Notes: a model not told the origin generated them from the sequence alone. Counted from the first letter of the stretch, positions 38,290-47,720 are shown. The stretch is 48,128 nucleotides of DNA from Cyanobacteria bacterium P01_A01_bin.123 (GCA_039815185.1 JBCBZT010000058.1:1-48128), one strand, 5' to 3'. A program made the numbers and translations.

Positions 38290-39678
38290 ATGGTGCTATT
38301 TAGACGTCGCAGCCGATATCGCAGTCGCTATGATCGCAAATCACGGCGACTCCATTGGATTCCAATGTTGTTGCTGATTCTAGGCATACCGATTGGTTTA
38401 GAGTTGTGCGCTCGTTTGATTTTCAACACGACTGGACTCACGGCCCAACTTGAACCTGAACAAGTGCCTGCTATTGTCCAGGCTTACCAGCTCCAATTCG
38501 TCAGCCCTGACGGCCAACCCTATGAGAGCCTGCCGTCAGAGGGGACGCTAGCCGCAGCTCGCGATCCACTTTTGGGTTACCAACTGCTAACCGGGCAGAA
38601 AAGCGACTTTTGGACCATCAATGCTCAAGGGTTTCGTGACCCAGACCCCGTCCCCGTTGATAAACCCAACGGTGAAATTCGCCTGGTGATCTTGGGCGGA
38701 TCCACCGCGTTTGGTCAACTTAGCACCAGTGACCAAACAGGCGTAACCGAACAGCTAGAAGCCCGACTGAACCAGAAAATCGAGGATCAACAGACTAAGC
38801 CAGGTGAATTTCAACCCAGCGTGCTTCCCTATCGAGCCGATCAGGTGGATGCGGCCCTAGCCCTACCTCCTCAAATTAAATCGGGGCAATATCGCGTAAT
38901 CAATGCTGCTGTACCGGGCTATGCCTCCGGTAACGAGTTATCCCTGCTTATGCAACACGTCGCGGCTTATGATCCTGATGTGCTGATTGTGCTCGATGGT
39001 TATGCCGATCTGATGCTGCCCAGCGATCGCGGCGGTGTGGATATCCCCAAGTTAGACGCTGCTTTAAATCCTCAACCAGAATCGATTAGTAGCCGTCTTT
39101 CAGGCTCTGTTGTCGACGGATTTAACCAGCTTTACCTAGTCAGAATTATTAAGCGCTATCTAGTCCCTAAACGAGTGTCTGATAAAGTCATCGTCGAACC
39201 GTTAAATTGGGCAGGTGCTGCTCATAGTCCTGATCTGAACGCAGCCCTAGCCGTTGATGACGCTGAAATAGATCAGCGGGTTGCACGCTATCAACATCAC
39301 CTTGTGCAGATGGTTCGCTGGACTTCTGGGGTTCGCAAACGCATCATCATCGCAGTTCAGCCAGAAATCACAGGCCGGACTGAAGAAGCCCGCACCCCCG
39401 AAGAATCATCCATGATTCAAGCCCTAGGTCAACCTTATGCAGACCAAATTCCCAAGGGCTATGCCAAGCTGGCGAGCGCCGCAACCGCCGCTGCCCAGCT
39501 TTCTGAAAATGCCACTGCTATAGATCTTTACCAGCTCTATGAGACATTTGAAGGACAAGCCTTTCAAAGTCCCATAGAACTGACCGATGATGCTAATCGA
39601 CGATTAGCTGAACGACTGTACAGTGCCGTAGAAGCAGAACTGGCTATTCAACCCCTTCCCTTTGGCTCAACACCCTGA
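38290..39678 (+). CDS. SGNH/GDSL hydrolase family membrane-anchored protein
   Basis: N-terminal transmembrane helix, INAQGFRD, LGGSTAFG, VINAAVPGY and DGYAD. Confidence 0.8.
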   Translation: MVLFRRRSRYRSRYDRKSRRLHWIPMLLLILGIPIGLELCARLIFNTTGLTAQLEPEQVPAIVQAYQLQFVSPDGQPYESLPSEGTLAAARDPLLGYQLLTGQKSDFWTINAQGFRDPDPVPVDKPNGEIRLVILGGSTAFGQLSTSDQTGVTEQLEARLNQKIEDQQTKPGEFQPSVLPYRADQVDAALALPPQIKSGQYRVINAAVPGYASGNELSLLMQHVAAYDPDVLIVLDGYADLMLPSDRGGVDIPKLDAALNPQPESISSRLSGSVVDGFNQLYLVRIIKRYLVPKRVSDKVIVEPLNWAGAAHSPDLNAALAVDDAEIDQRVARYQHHLVQMVRWTSGVRKRIIIAVQPEITGRTEEARTPEESSMIQALGQPYADQIPKGYAKLASAATAAAQLSENATAIDLYQLYETFEGQAFQSPIELTDDANRRLAERLYSAVEAELAIQPLPFGSTP

Positions 39679-39787
39679 GACGTGCCAAAAGATATCGGAA
39701 TTAGCCTTTTTAGCAGCGCTTTGCCCACATTGCTTAAGGTACTGAGTATCGATAAATACGTTACCAAAGCAGCACTGTAGTTTCACA

Positions 39788-39823
39788 TCGCAACCGCCGC
39801 ATCCCGCATTGTGGCGGTTGCGA
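39788..39823. terminator. hairpin between convergent genes
   Basis: TCGCAACCGCCGCA-N8-TGTGGCGGTTGCGA. Confidence 0.6.
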
Positions 39824-39844
39824 ACTTAGGAGCTGCAACCGCTT

Positions 39845-40051
39845 TTAAGCTCTAGGAAGGAGAGGCAATGTCCAGCGGGTGCCAGCCCCCCGGCGTTCAT
39901 CTTCTTGAGGAAACTGATTGCGATCGGAACTTACCGTTCCATCAAATGTGAACTGTGGAATTTGAGTTGCAATTGTGACCAATAAACAAACTCCGGTGAG
40001 GAGTGTGACCCCATAGGTCAATGTAGAGAAACGGATGAATAATGCTTTCAT
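39845..40051 (-). CDS. small secreted or membrane-anchored peptide (68 aa) with an RRGAGTRW motif
   Basis: ATG with an upstream TAAGG, an N-terminal hydrophobic segment and a downstream hairpin. Confidence 0.65.
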   Translation of the reverse strand: MKALFIRFSTLTYGVTLLTGVCLLVTIATQIPQFTFDGTVSSDRNQFPQEDERRGAGTRWTLPLLPRA

Positions 40052-40542
40052 ACAACCTTAACCGCACGAATCAACAGCTATTTGACTTACTCATTGGCGG
40101 GGCATCGAGTGAACTAGGGCAAACTGAACTTAAAACCAATTAGCCGTAGCTCAGGGGGTCATAGTTGTATTTTTTACTTCTAGAGTACGATTCCATACAT
40201 AGAAGCGTGCAGTTTATGGAAGCTTTAACCGCCCTCGAAGCTTTTACAAATCTGAGTGTTCAGGTGCTGATGTCATAGGTGATGGGGTTGTTCTGAACTA
40301 CTGCTGTTGTCAGTGTTAGGGAAACTGCCCAAGATTGCGATCACAGGATAACTGAGTCTTCTTAGCAGGCTTATGTTGATCATCTCGATCCAGTTGTTGG
40401 GGGTTATCGTCGTTGCATGGCCGATTGTGAGCCGATCCGGATTCCCTGCTGACTTTCTTGAATGGCTGTGCAGATGGGTAGTCAGAATTGTTGTTCTATG
40501 CCTTGAACCCCAGTCCGTTGTTCGCCCCGTCCGTTTGGTACT

Positions 40543-43074
40543 ATGGTGCATCTATTCCGTGGCTCCCAAAGATCACAGCAATATCGTAGGCGATGGTCAC
40601 GCCTACTTAATTTTTGGGGACGTACTATCCTAATTTCGAGCCTACTTGCCACAGCCTCTCTAACGCTGATCAAGCAATTTGGTCTCTTAGAGCCGTTAGA
40701 ATTACTCAGCTATGATGCGTTAACGCAATGGCAACCCGATCAGCCGTCTGATCCCCGGCTGCTGGTTGTCGGACTTACTGAAGAAGATCTGCAACAGTAC
40801 GGTTGGCCCCTGTCTGATGAGATTCTGGCCGTTATCCTCAAAAAGCTTCAGGCTCATAATCCTAAAGTGATTGGGTTTGATTTATACCGCAGTTCCTTAG
40901 AAGCAGAATCGCAGGCTTTGTTGGCCCAGCTTCAGGCAGAGAATCTGATTGCCATTATGAATGTCGGTAGCGATCCGTTTACCGATGAAGTGCCGCCCCC
41001 GCCGACGATTCCTTGGGAAAGAGTTGGCTTCAATGACATGGTGATTGATAGAGATGGCACCTTACGACGAGCTCTGCTATTCGTAGGGGCAGAGGCGGCT
41101 GAGCGTCCCTTCTACTCTTTTTCATTGCGGATTGTCTTGGCATATTTCGATGAACGTGATTTGGAGGTTCGATTTGATGCCCAATCATTATCCATTGGGG
41201 ATCATCAAATTCCTGCGCTAACTTCCTATTCAGGCGGGTATCAAACCATTGATGACAGTGGCTACCAAACCCTGTTGCGCTATCGCTCTCGCCATACCCC
41301 CGCTAATCAGATCTCAGTCAGTCAAGTTTTGAGCGATCGCTTTGAACCCGGCTGGGTTGAAGGCAAGATTGTGCTTTTGGGCGCAACGGCACTGAGCCTC
41401 AAAGATCAGTTTTATACACCCTATAGTGCCAGTCGAGGAAACGACTTCAGTATGACGGGCGTCGTGATCCACGCTCAGATTATTAGCCAACTGTTAGATA
41501 CCTTAAACGGCGATCGCGGCGCACTGTATACAAGTTTGCCCCCCTGGTGTGAACCCTTCTGGCTCCTGTTTTGGAGTGGGGTCGCGAGTGGCACTGCGTG
41601 GGCTTTGAAGCGACCTACCGTCTTCGTGTTAGGGCTCGGCAGCACACTCACACTCCTCTGGGGGATAGGCAGTTTGGGGCTGGGACAAAATGTTTGGATG
41701 CCACTGGCAGAGCCGACTCTGGGTGTGATGCTAGCGAGTGGACTGGTGATTACTCAAAAGCTCCTATATCGCAGCACTCACGATTGGTTAACCGATCTGC
41801 CAGAGCGAGAAATGTTCATTGAGTATGTGCGTCGTGCACTTCAAAATTGGCCAATAACAACGCACGATCAGCCTGTAATTGTGGCTTTTCTGGACATCGA
41901 TCGGTTTAAGTTGATTAATCAGAGTTTGGGCCACTCCGTCGGCGATCGCGTTTTATTAACCTTAGTTCAACGGCTACACAATATTTTGCCTACAACAGCT
42001 CAGCTTGCCCGTGTTGGCGGCGATGAGTTTGCCCTGTTGTTTGAACGAATGCCGCAACCTGCTGTTGATCAAGTCTTGGATCGACTCCAACAAGAACTCT
42101 CTCAACCCTTCAGCTTAAATAAGCAGCGTTTTTCCATTACCACGAGCATTGGTTTGGTAATTACCCAACCGGGTCATACTTATCAGCCAGAATATCTTTT
42201 GCGAGATGCCCACACAGCGATGTATCGTGCCAAATCTTTGGGGGCAGTTCGCCACGAAGTCTTTGCCTCTGGCATGCTAGCTGAGGCCACCCATCGGCTA
42301 AATCTAGAAAGTGCACTGCTAGATGCCCTGACGAATCAAGAGTTCGTTTTGTATTATCAACCCATCATTTCCTTTCAAACTGGCGAAATTAGCGGATTCG
42401 AAGCACTCATTCGCTGGCAAAGGCCAGATCACAGCTTTGTGTCCCCCACTGAATTTATCCCTGTCGCTGAAGAAACTGGCTTAATCATGCCGCTGGGACA
42501 GTGGGTATTTCAAGCCGCTTGTGACCAACTCAAACTTTGGCAGCAACAATTTCCTGAACATCCCATTGCTGTCAGCGTCAACCTATCACGACGACAGTTT
42601 CGGCAAATAGAGTTGGTTGAACAAATTGAACAGGCACTGACCACAAGTAAGGTTGATGGTCGTTACATTCGCCTAGAAGTGACGGAAAGTATGGTGATGG
42701 ATAATGCTGAAGACACGATCAACACTATGATGCGACTCAAAGCCCTCGGCATTCAACTGAGTATTGACGACTTTGGCACCGGCTACTCATCGCTAAGCTT
42801 GCTACATCGTTTTCCCATGGATTTGCTCAAAGTCGACAGATCCTTTGTCAGTCGTATGGACCACAATAATGAAGACCGGGAGATTGTTCATACCATCATT
42901 GCCCTAGGCCATAAGCTAGGTTTGAATATCGTAGCAGAAGGGATTGAACGACACTCTCAAATGGCACTTTTACAGCAAGTCCACTGTGAATATGGCCAGG
43001 GATTTCTATTTTCTGCGCCCCTCTCTAGTCAACAAGCAACGGAATTGCTCTCAAATCACCCCATCTGGTGCTAA
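40543..43074 (+). CDS. CHASE2-GGDEF-EAL c-di-GMP signalling protein
   Basis: DPRLLVV, GWPLSD and GVVIHAQ (CHASE2), three transmembrane helices, RVGGDEF, FEALIRW and DDFGTGYSSL. Confidence 0.94.
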   Translation: MVHLFRGSQRSQQYRRRWSRLLNFWGRTILISSLLATASLTLIKQFGLLEPLELLSYDALTQWQPDQPSDPRLLVVGLTEEDLQQYGWPLSDEILAVILKKLQAHNPKVIGFDLYRSSLEAESQALLAQLQAENLIAIMNVGSDPFTDEVPPPPTIPWERVGFNDMVIDRDGTLRRALLFVGAEAAERPFYSFSLRIVLAYFDERDLEVRFDAQSLSIGDHQIPALTSYSGGYQTIDDSGYQTLLRYRSRHTPANQISVSQVLSDRFEPGWVEGKIVLLGATALSLKDQFYTPYSASRGNDFSMTGVVIHAQIISQLLDTLNGDRGALYTSLPPWCEPFWLLFWSGVASGTAWALKRPTVFVLGLGSTLTLLWGIGSLGLGQNVWMPLAEPTLGVMLASGLVITQKLLYRSTHDWLTDLPEREMFIEYVRRALQNWPITTHDQPVIVAFLDIDRFKLINQSLGHSVGDRVLLTLVQRLHNILPTTAQLARVGGDEFALLFERMPQPAVDQVLDRLQQELSQPFSLNKQRFSITTSIGLVITQPGHTYQPEYLLRDAHTAMYRAKSLGAVRHEVFASGMLAEATHRLNLESALLDALTNQEFVLYYQPIISFQTGEISGFEALIRWQRPDHSFVSPTEFIPVAEETGLIMPLGQWVFQAACDQLKLWQQQFPEHPIAVSVNLSRRQFRQIELVEQIEQALTTSKVDGRYIRLEVTESMVMDNAEDTINTMMRLKALGIQLSIDDFGTGYSSLSLLHRFPMDLLKVDRSFVSRMDHNNEDREIVHTIIALGHKLGLNIVAEGIERHSQMALLQQVHCEYGQGFLFSAPLSSQQATELLSNHPIWC

Positions 43075-43838
43075 CAAGCCCCCTTGCGTTGCAATACTGC
43101 ACCAATGGTTTTGAAGATCAGTTGTAGATCGTACATAGGAGACCACTGTTGTTGATAGCGCAAATCAAGCTTCACAATGTCCTCGAAATCTTTAATGCTA
43201 GAACGACCATATACTTGCCACTCGCCAGTCAAACCTGGTTTTACCTCAAGGCGCTGCCAATGATGGGGGGCGTATTGCATAACTTCCCCCATCGTTGGGG
43301 GACGGGTACCCACCAAACTCATTTCGCCCCGTAGAACATTCCAAAATTGAGGAAACTCATCCAAGCTAGTTTTTCTCAAAAACCGCCCGACTCGCGTAAT
43401 CCGTGGGTCGTTTTCATTTTTGAAAATCAGCCCCCTAGCCTCATTTTTGACGATGTGGGTGAGGCGGTCTGCATGTTTAACCATGGAGCGGAATTTCCAA
43501 ATGCGGAAAGTTTGCCCCAAATGACCACAGCGGAGCTGGCTATAGAGAATGGGGCCTGGATTATCAATTTGAATCGCGATCGCAATCGGAATGAACAACA
43601 TCCCGGTAATCATCAAACCCACTAGTGCCCCTGCGAGGTCAGTGATGCGTTTGAGCAAACTGATCGCGGATGGGTGAACCACCGCCGCGATATCTGTTTC
43701 ACAGCGTGGGCACTGGGTCTGACTTAAAATCTGAGTCGTTTGATTCAAGGATTCAAGATAGCGTTGGAATGCGAATTCAGAAACGATAAACACAAGCCCT
43801 AGGATTTCCTGTGTGTGGGTAAGCACCTGCTCGGCCAC
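43071..43838 (-). CDS. bacterial sugar transferase (priming glycosyltransferase, WcaJ/CpsE C-terminal type)
   Basis: KRITD, KFRSM, DPRITRVGRFLRKTSLDEFPQ and KPGLTG. The start is uncertain. Confidence 0.9.
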   Translation of the reverse strand: MAEQVLTHTQEILGLVFIVSEFAFQRYLESLNQTTQILSQTQCPRCETDIAAVVHPSAISLLKRITDLAGALVGLMITGMLFIPIAIAIQIDNPGPILYSQLRCGHLGQTFRIWKFRSMVKHADRLTHIVKNEARGLIFKNENDPRITRVGRFLRKTSLDEFPQFWNVLRGEMSLVGTRPPTMGEVMQYAPHHWQRLEVKPGLTGEWQVYGRSSIKDFEDIVKLDLRYQQQWSPMYDLQLIFKTIGAVLQRKGAC

Positions 43839-43971
43839 ATTATAGATATGGGATCACTCGCCAGACAGATAAATCTACACAGGTTTTTCCAATCTTTGAA
43901 TTACCGACCCCTTGTTTAAAGTTCTCGGATAGCAGGAAACTTGGCAGAATCGCTATAGTTCTTTGCCAGCA

Positions 43972-44055
43972 AGATAACGAAAAAGTTGAGCGGCGACGAG
44001 GGTATTGCAATGAAGCGCAAAACCTTCAAAGCGCCCCTCCAAAGACTTGTTAGGC
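43972..44055 (-). mobile_element. integron attC-like recombination site
   Basis: Minus strand reads GCCTAAC-AAGTC-TTTGGAG-GGGCG...CGCC-GCTCAAC-TTTTTC-GTTATCT. This gives R'' (RYYYAAC), a 5-nt spacer, L''/L' pairing with an extra G, a 6-nt spacer and R' GTT, over 84 bp. Confidence 0.55.
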
Positions 44056-44176
44056 TGCGGTAGGCTTGGCAATCTTTGCAAGCGATCTCAAGACTCCATT
44101 GAAAGATGCTGAATCTCAAAAATTTCGACAAGTCTTACCAATGATGGTGCAAGATCTACGGATTAGGTGTACCAGA

Positions 44177-44659
44177 TTATTGTAGATAGGCCAATAGCGA
44201 TAACGAACTTGTGCCACCAGCCACTTCACCCCAGGAGTAGCCGTTGTAGCCTACCTTCCACTCATTCAAGGTGAGATCTGGTGATTGAGCGAGGGCAATA
44301 ACTAACGCTGTGTCGTCATATATGCCGCCTGATAAGACATGGTCGATGCACAGTTGATGGTCACACACTTGAATCTCAGCATAATAATAAATGCTCTCTT
44401 GTATGCCGGATTTCTTCATCTGCAGCGCCCGGTCATAGGTGTGTTGATCGTAATAACGCTCATAAACCACACAATCGCTGAAATAGGCATTGCTAGGGAA
44501 AATCCGTTCTGCATTATGAACGTAGATAGACGGCAAGTGATGACGCACCAGAACTGCAAGACGTTCAGCATCGGATTTATCAAATGTCGCGAAGAAAAAG
44601 TAATCTGGCCCGTTTCCTATCTCCTCGATTTGCCAAAACCAACTGCGCTGCTTGTTCAT
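44177..44659 (-). CDS. hypothetical protein (orphan, cassette-like)
   Basis: 160-aa aromatic-rich ORF with no recognised motif, in the same orientation as the downstream attC-like site. Confidence 0.7.
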   Translation of the reverse strand: MNKQRSWFWQIEEIGNGPDYFFFATFDKSDAERLAVLVRHHLPSIYVHNAERIFPSNAYFSDCVVYERYYDQHTYDRALQMKKSGIQESIYYYAEIQVCDHQLCIDHVLSGGIYDDTALVIALAQSPDLTLNEWKVGYNGYSWGEVAGGTSSLSLLAYLQ

Positions 44660-45068
44660 ATTGTTCGGGTTACGTCATACAAAACCGTTCAATCTCAATG
44701 GCGGACCTTGGGGTGAGGAGGTCTGTGGGATATCACCTGCCGTGAGGGAGATTAGCCTGAAAATTGTCAGCATAACTGCCCTAAATAGGGTGTTATACAG
44801 ATCTTTATCGGGCTATATCGCTCAATTATCGTGTTATGTGTACCAAAGTCTTGATAACACTTTCAGATAGGATATTTAGCCTGATCTTGCTCTGCATAAT
44901 ACACCCACTCCTGAGTACTATGCAGATAGCTTCAGCGAATCTGCATCGGAGTATAAAACCCAGGTATGTAGCCTATCAGCTTGATCCATAACGCGATGAA
45001 AGTTTCAAAATCACCCTAGCGCTTTTTTCTCCCACGAAATATCGGGTTCATTGTTACACCAATGAGGA

Positions 45069-45836
45069 TCACGCAAATAGGTTAAATCGCTGCAAATGGG
45101 TTTCAACCAGGCTGGGCAACGTTTTATTTAGCTGGGTCTTGTTGCCAAATACCAAACGATTGCCGCTAGGTAAGTCAAAAGGAAACTGGCCAGGCATTGC
45201 CCCCCGCTCCATTTGGGTCAGCAAAATCTGGTCGGTGCGTTTGCATTGTAGGGCATAACCAACCTCGACACACACCTTAGGGCTGGGGATGAGTTGGGGC
45301 GGGGTACCGTCAATGGACAAAATTGGGGTGCCATCGGCAATAAACAGTAGGCTCTTGCGCAGCTTGCGCATCAAACTGCTGTTGAGTCGAATCGGGCCTT
45401 CGCTAAGACGATGAGATTCTTCAAGCGTTATGGGCACTCTCGATCGCTTGTTGAGTTTGGCAATAATAGTGCTGAGGGCATCGCGCAGCAGATCGCTCGA
45501 TTCGTCATATTCGGTTTGATAACAGAGAAAGATAGACGGATCCAGATGGGCCATCACCTCTTGTTTGGTGAAATAAATCTCGTGGCTGATTAGGTCAATA
45601 TTGGCAATGACGTAGCCGCCACTGCCTTCGATATAAAACTCGACCGCATCTCCTTGCAGGTAGCGCTGAAACCAAACGCTCTCTCGCACAACCTCACTGT
45701 CGTCTAAGAAGTCGGCCCGTAAGGCAGATTTGAGCAAGCTGTTTTTACTGAGGCGAAGATCGTGGGGCCGTTGCTCTAACTCACGAGCAGGTTCATAATT
45801 CTCAAGATACCAAGCTTTGAGGGCAATAATCGCCAT
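45069..45836 (-). CDS. hypothetical protein with a C-terminal TIR/nucleoside-deoxyribosyltransferase-like domain
   Basis: IFLCYQ...RKLRKSLLFIADGT...PSPKVCVEVGYAL...FPFDL. Confidence 0.75.
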   Translation of the reverse strand: MAIIALKAWYLENYEPARELEQRPHDLRLSKNSLLKSALRADFLDDSEVVRESVWFQRYLQGDAVEFYIEGSGGYVIANIDLISHEIYFTKQEVMAHLDPSIFLCYQTEYDESSDLLRDALSTIIAKLNKRSRVPITLEESHRLSEGPIRLNSSLMRKLRKSLLFIADGTPILSIDGTPPQLIPSPKVCVEVGYALQCKRTDQILLTQMERGAMPGQFPFDLPSGNRLVFGNKTQLNKTLPSLVETHLQRFNLFA

Positions 45837-46246
45837 AACGCTGTTCTACCTGTCCCATTTAAACTGCAACAGCACCCAACCGACTAAAAGCTGAGTTACT
45901 TCCACATGTTTGCCTATAGTATCTGGAGATAGCCATCGAAATCCTTCAAGACTATGAAGAATTCTAGACATTGCTCCCTTTTTCACAATTTGGGAAGTAT
46001 CAACTAATGCGTTGGATGCTGTCGCATCTTGACGAGACAGATTCAGAATTTAACAGCGCTTTTACCTCTCTTACTAACGTTAACTTGGCTGTTTAATCTG
46101 CCAGGGAAGCTCTTCGCTTCAATTACAAATATACGCCCATTGTTTTAGATTTGGGGGCGTAGAAAATAAAGTTTACCTGACAAAATACTAGATACAAAAG
46201 ATATTACTAACGGTGTTGTCTGTCTACTTTATTTAAATTCTTGGAC

Positions 46247-46260
46247 GTAGATAAATCTAC
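46247..46260. promoter_or_regulatory. NtcA-type palindrome GTA-N8-TAC
   Basis: GTAGATAAATCTAC in an AT-rich intergenic region, 7 nt before a TATAAT. Confidence 0.45.
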
Positions 46261-46388
46261 TGGGTTTATAATGGTGCAGCTCTGATGTTCGTTTTTCGTC
46301 AGCACTTCATTTCTACTCACTACGTTTCGCTCACGACGGGTTTGCTCATTGGAAAATCGACAACACCCACAACAAAGATAGGACTGTT

Positions 46389-46913
46389 TTACGGCTTGGG
46401 TTGTGTCGACCAGCCTTTTTGCCGAATCCATTGGCTCAAAGTGAGCAACAACACCGCGTATAAGGTTTCAAATCCCAGAAAAACCAGATGGCTACGGTGA
46501 AATAGCCCTTCCCAATGGCGGACGCTGGGAAAAATCAGAATGGGAGATTGATAATAATTTGGCAGCGGCCACAAAAACTGAATCCCGGAACCGCCGCGGG
46601 TAAGATAATCCAGTAGCAAATGGGACGCATAAATGATCAGGGTCAGCCCAAACCAAACGTGAGCTTTGCGTTTATTAACCCCGTAGCTGATGATGCCGGC
46701 GATCGCGCTGAGGCCTAAGCAAAACAGCAAACTGTGGGTCGCGCCACGGTGGTAGTTTTCACCAGTCAGCAGTTGCAGCGCAAAGTCGAAATCGGGCGCG
46801 ATCGCCACGAACAAGGCATAGGTGATCGTTCCCCAGTGTTTCTGGATGGATCCAGCTACCCCAAGTTGAGCGAGGGCGTATCCAGTGACTGAATGAGCTA
46901 AAGGCGAGGGCAT
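46389..46913 (-). CDS. metal-dependent hydrolase (YdjM/DUF457-type membrane protein)
   Basis: PSPLAH, APDFD, HRGATHSL, SHLLLD and LWP. Confidence 0.9.
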   Translation of the reverse strand: MPSPLAHSVTGYALAQLGVAGSIQKHWGTITYALFVAIAPDFDFALQLLTGENYHRGATHSLLFCLGLSAIAGIISYGVNKRKAHVWFGLTLIIYASHLLLDYLTRGGSGIQFLWPLPNYYQSPILIFPSVRHWEGLFHRSHLVFLGFETLYAVLLLTLSQWIRQKGWSTQPKP

Positions 46914-46925
46914 AGTTAACGATAT

Positions 46926-47720
46926 TTATTTGGGGGCTAAACAGTCGTATCTTTCATCCACAGTATCGATGACGTTTTTGACGGAGTTATAGTGGGCTGT
47001 CACTACTGTTCTCACACGATCGCCCATCTCAGGGGATAAAGACTCCACCCAATTGTTGATATCCACCAGCATCCACGGATCAGAACGATCCAGATCGGTG
47101 GTGAATTTCAAGAGCGTCCGCAGGGCGTCAGCATCAATTACCGCGTCAAGCTCCCGCACCATGAAGTAGGTGGTCGAATAGAACGGATCAACATTGCTGT
47201 TGAAGTACTCTTCCCATCCCTTGCGATCTAGTCCATTCAGGGCCAGCATTTCCTGACCAAACAGATTCGCTAGCCCTTCAGCATAACAATCAAAAAATTG
47301 AGCATTGAGTAAGTGGGAGGTTTCGTGGGCCAACAGTCCCCAAAAGCCATATTCACTGGGGTGGCGCGACATGTAGATAGCAAATAAGCCTTGCTGCTCA
47401 TCTTCTAAGACCGTGTAGGCGTATTTGGAATCGATGGCTTTCACCTCAACGCGGTGTATTGGCACACGGGGTTGACCATAGCGTGAAATCGCTTCCCCTA
47501 GCGCTTCGCGAACAAAGTCTTCAACCCCAGCATCGGGATAGACCGACGTAATCACAACTTGACTGGTATCCAAAGGCTTATACAATGATTGGCTTTGTCC
47601 ACCCAGCCATGCAGCACAGCTATTGGCCAACACCATGACTAAAACGGCTGCACAACTTAGAGGCAGCCATCGCGATCGCCCCCGGAACCATCCCCGGAAC
47701 CTTGGTCTTTTTTCCTTCAT
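46926..47720 (-). CDS. exported HEXXH zinc-peptidase-like hypothetical protein
   Basis: Basic plus hydrophobic N-terminus, LAHETSH followed by AEGLA (gluzincin-like third ligand). ATG at 47720 preferred. Confidence 0.7.
   Translation of the reverse strand: MKEKRPRFRGWFRGRSRWLPLSCAAVLVMVLANSCAAWLGGQSQSLYKPLDTSQVVITSVYPDAGVEDFVREALGEAISRYGQPRVPIHRVEVKAIDSKYAYTVLEDEQQGLFAIYMSRHPSEYGFWGLLAHETSHLLNAQFFDCYAEGLANLFGQEMLALNGLDRKGWEEYFNSNVDPFYSTTYFMVRELDAVIDADALRTLLKFTTDLDRSDPWMLVDINNWVESLSPEMGDRVRTVVTAHYNSVKNVIDTVDERYDCLAPK

Noticed and set aside
43916..44131. 71-aa minus-strand ORF
   Set aside because: It runs across the attC-like site and the IS-like fragments, and is probably spurious.
44665..44760. 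Possible second attC site upstream of the orphan ORF (CCGCCATTGAGATTGAACGGTT on the minus strand)
   Set aside because: It resembles a right half only. I could not identify a matching R''/L'' arm.
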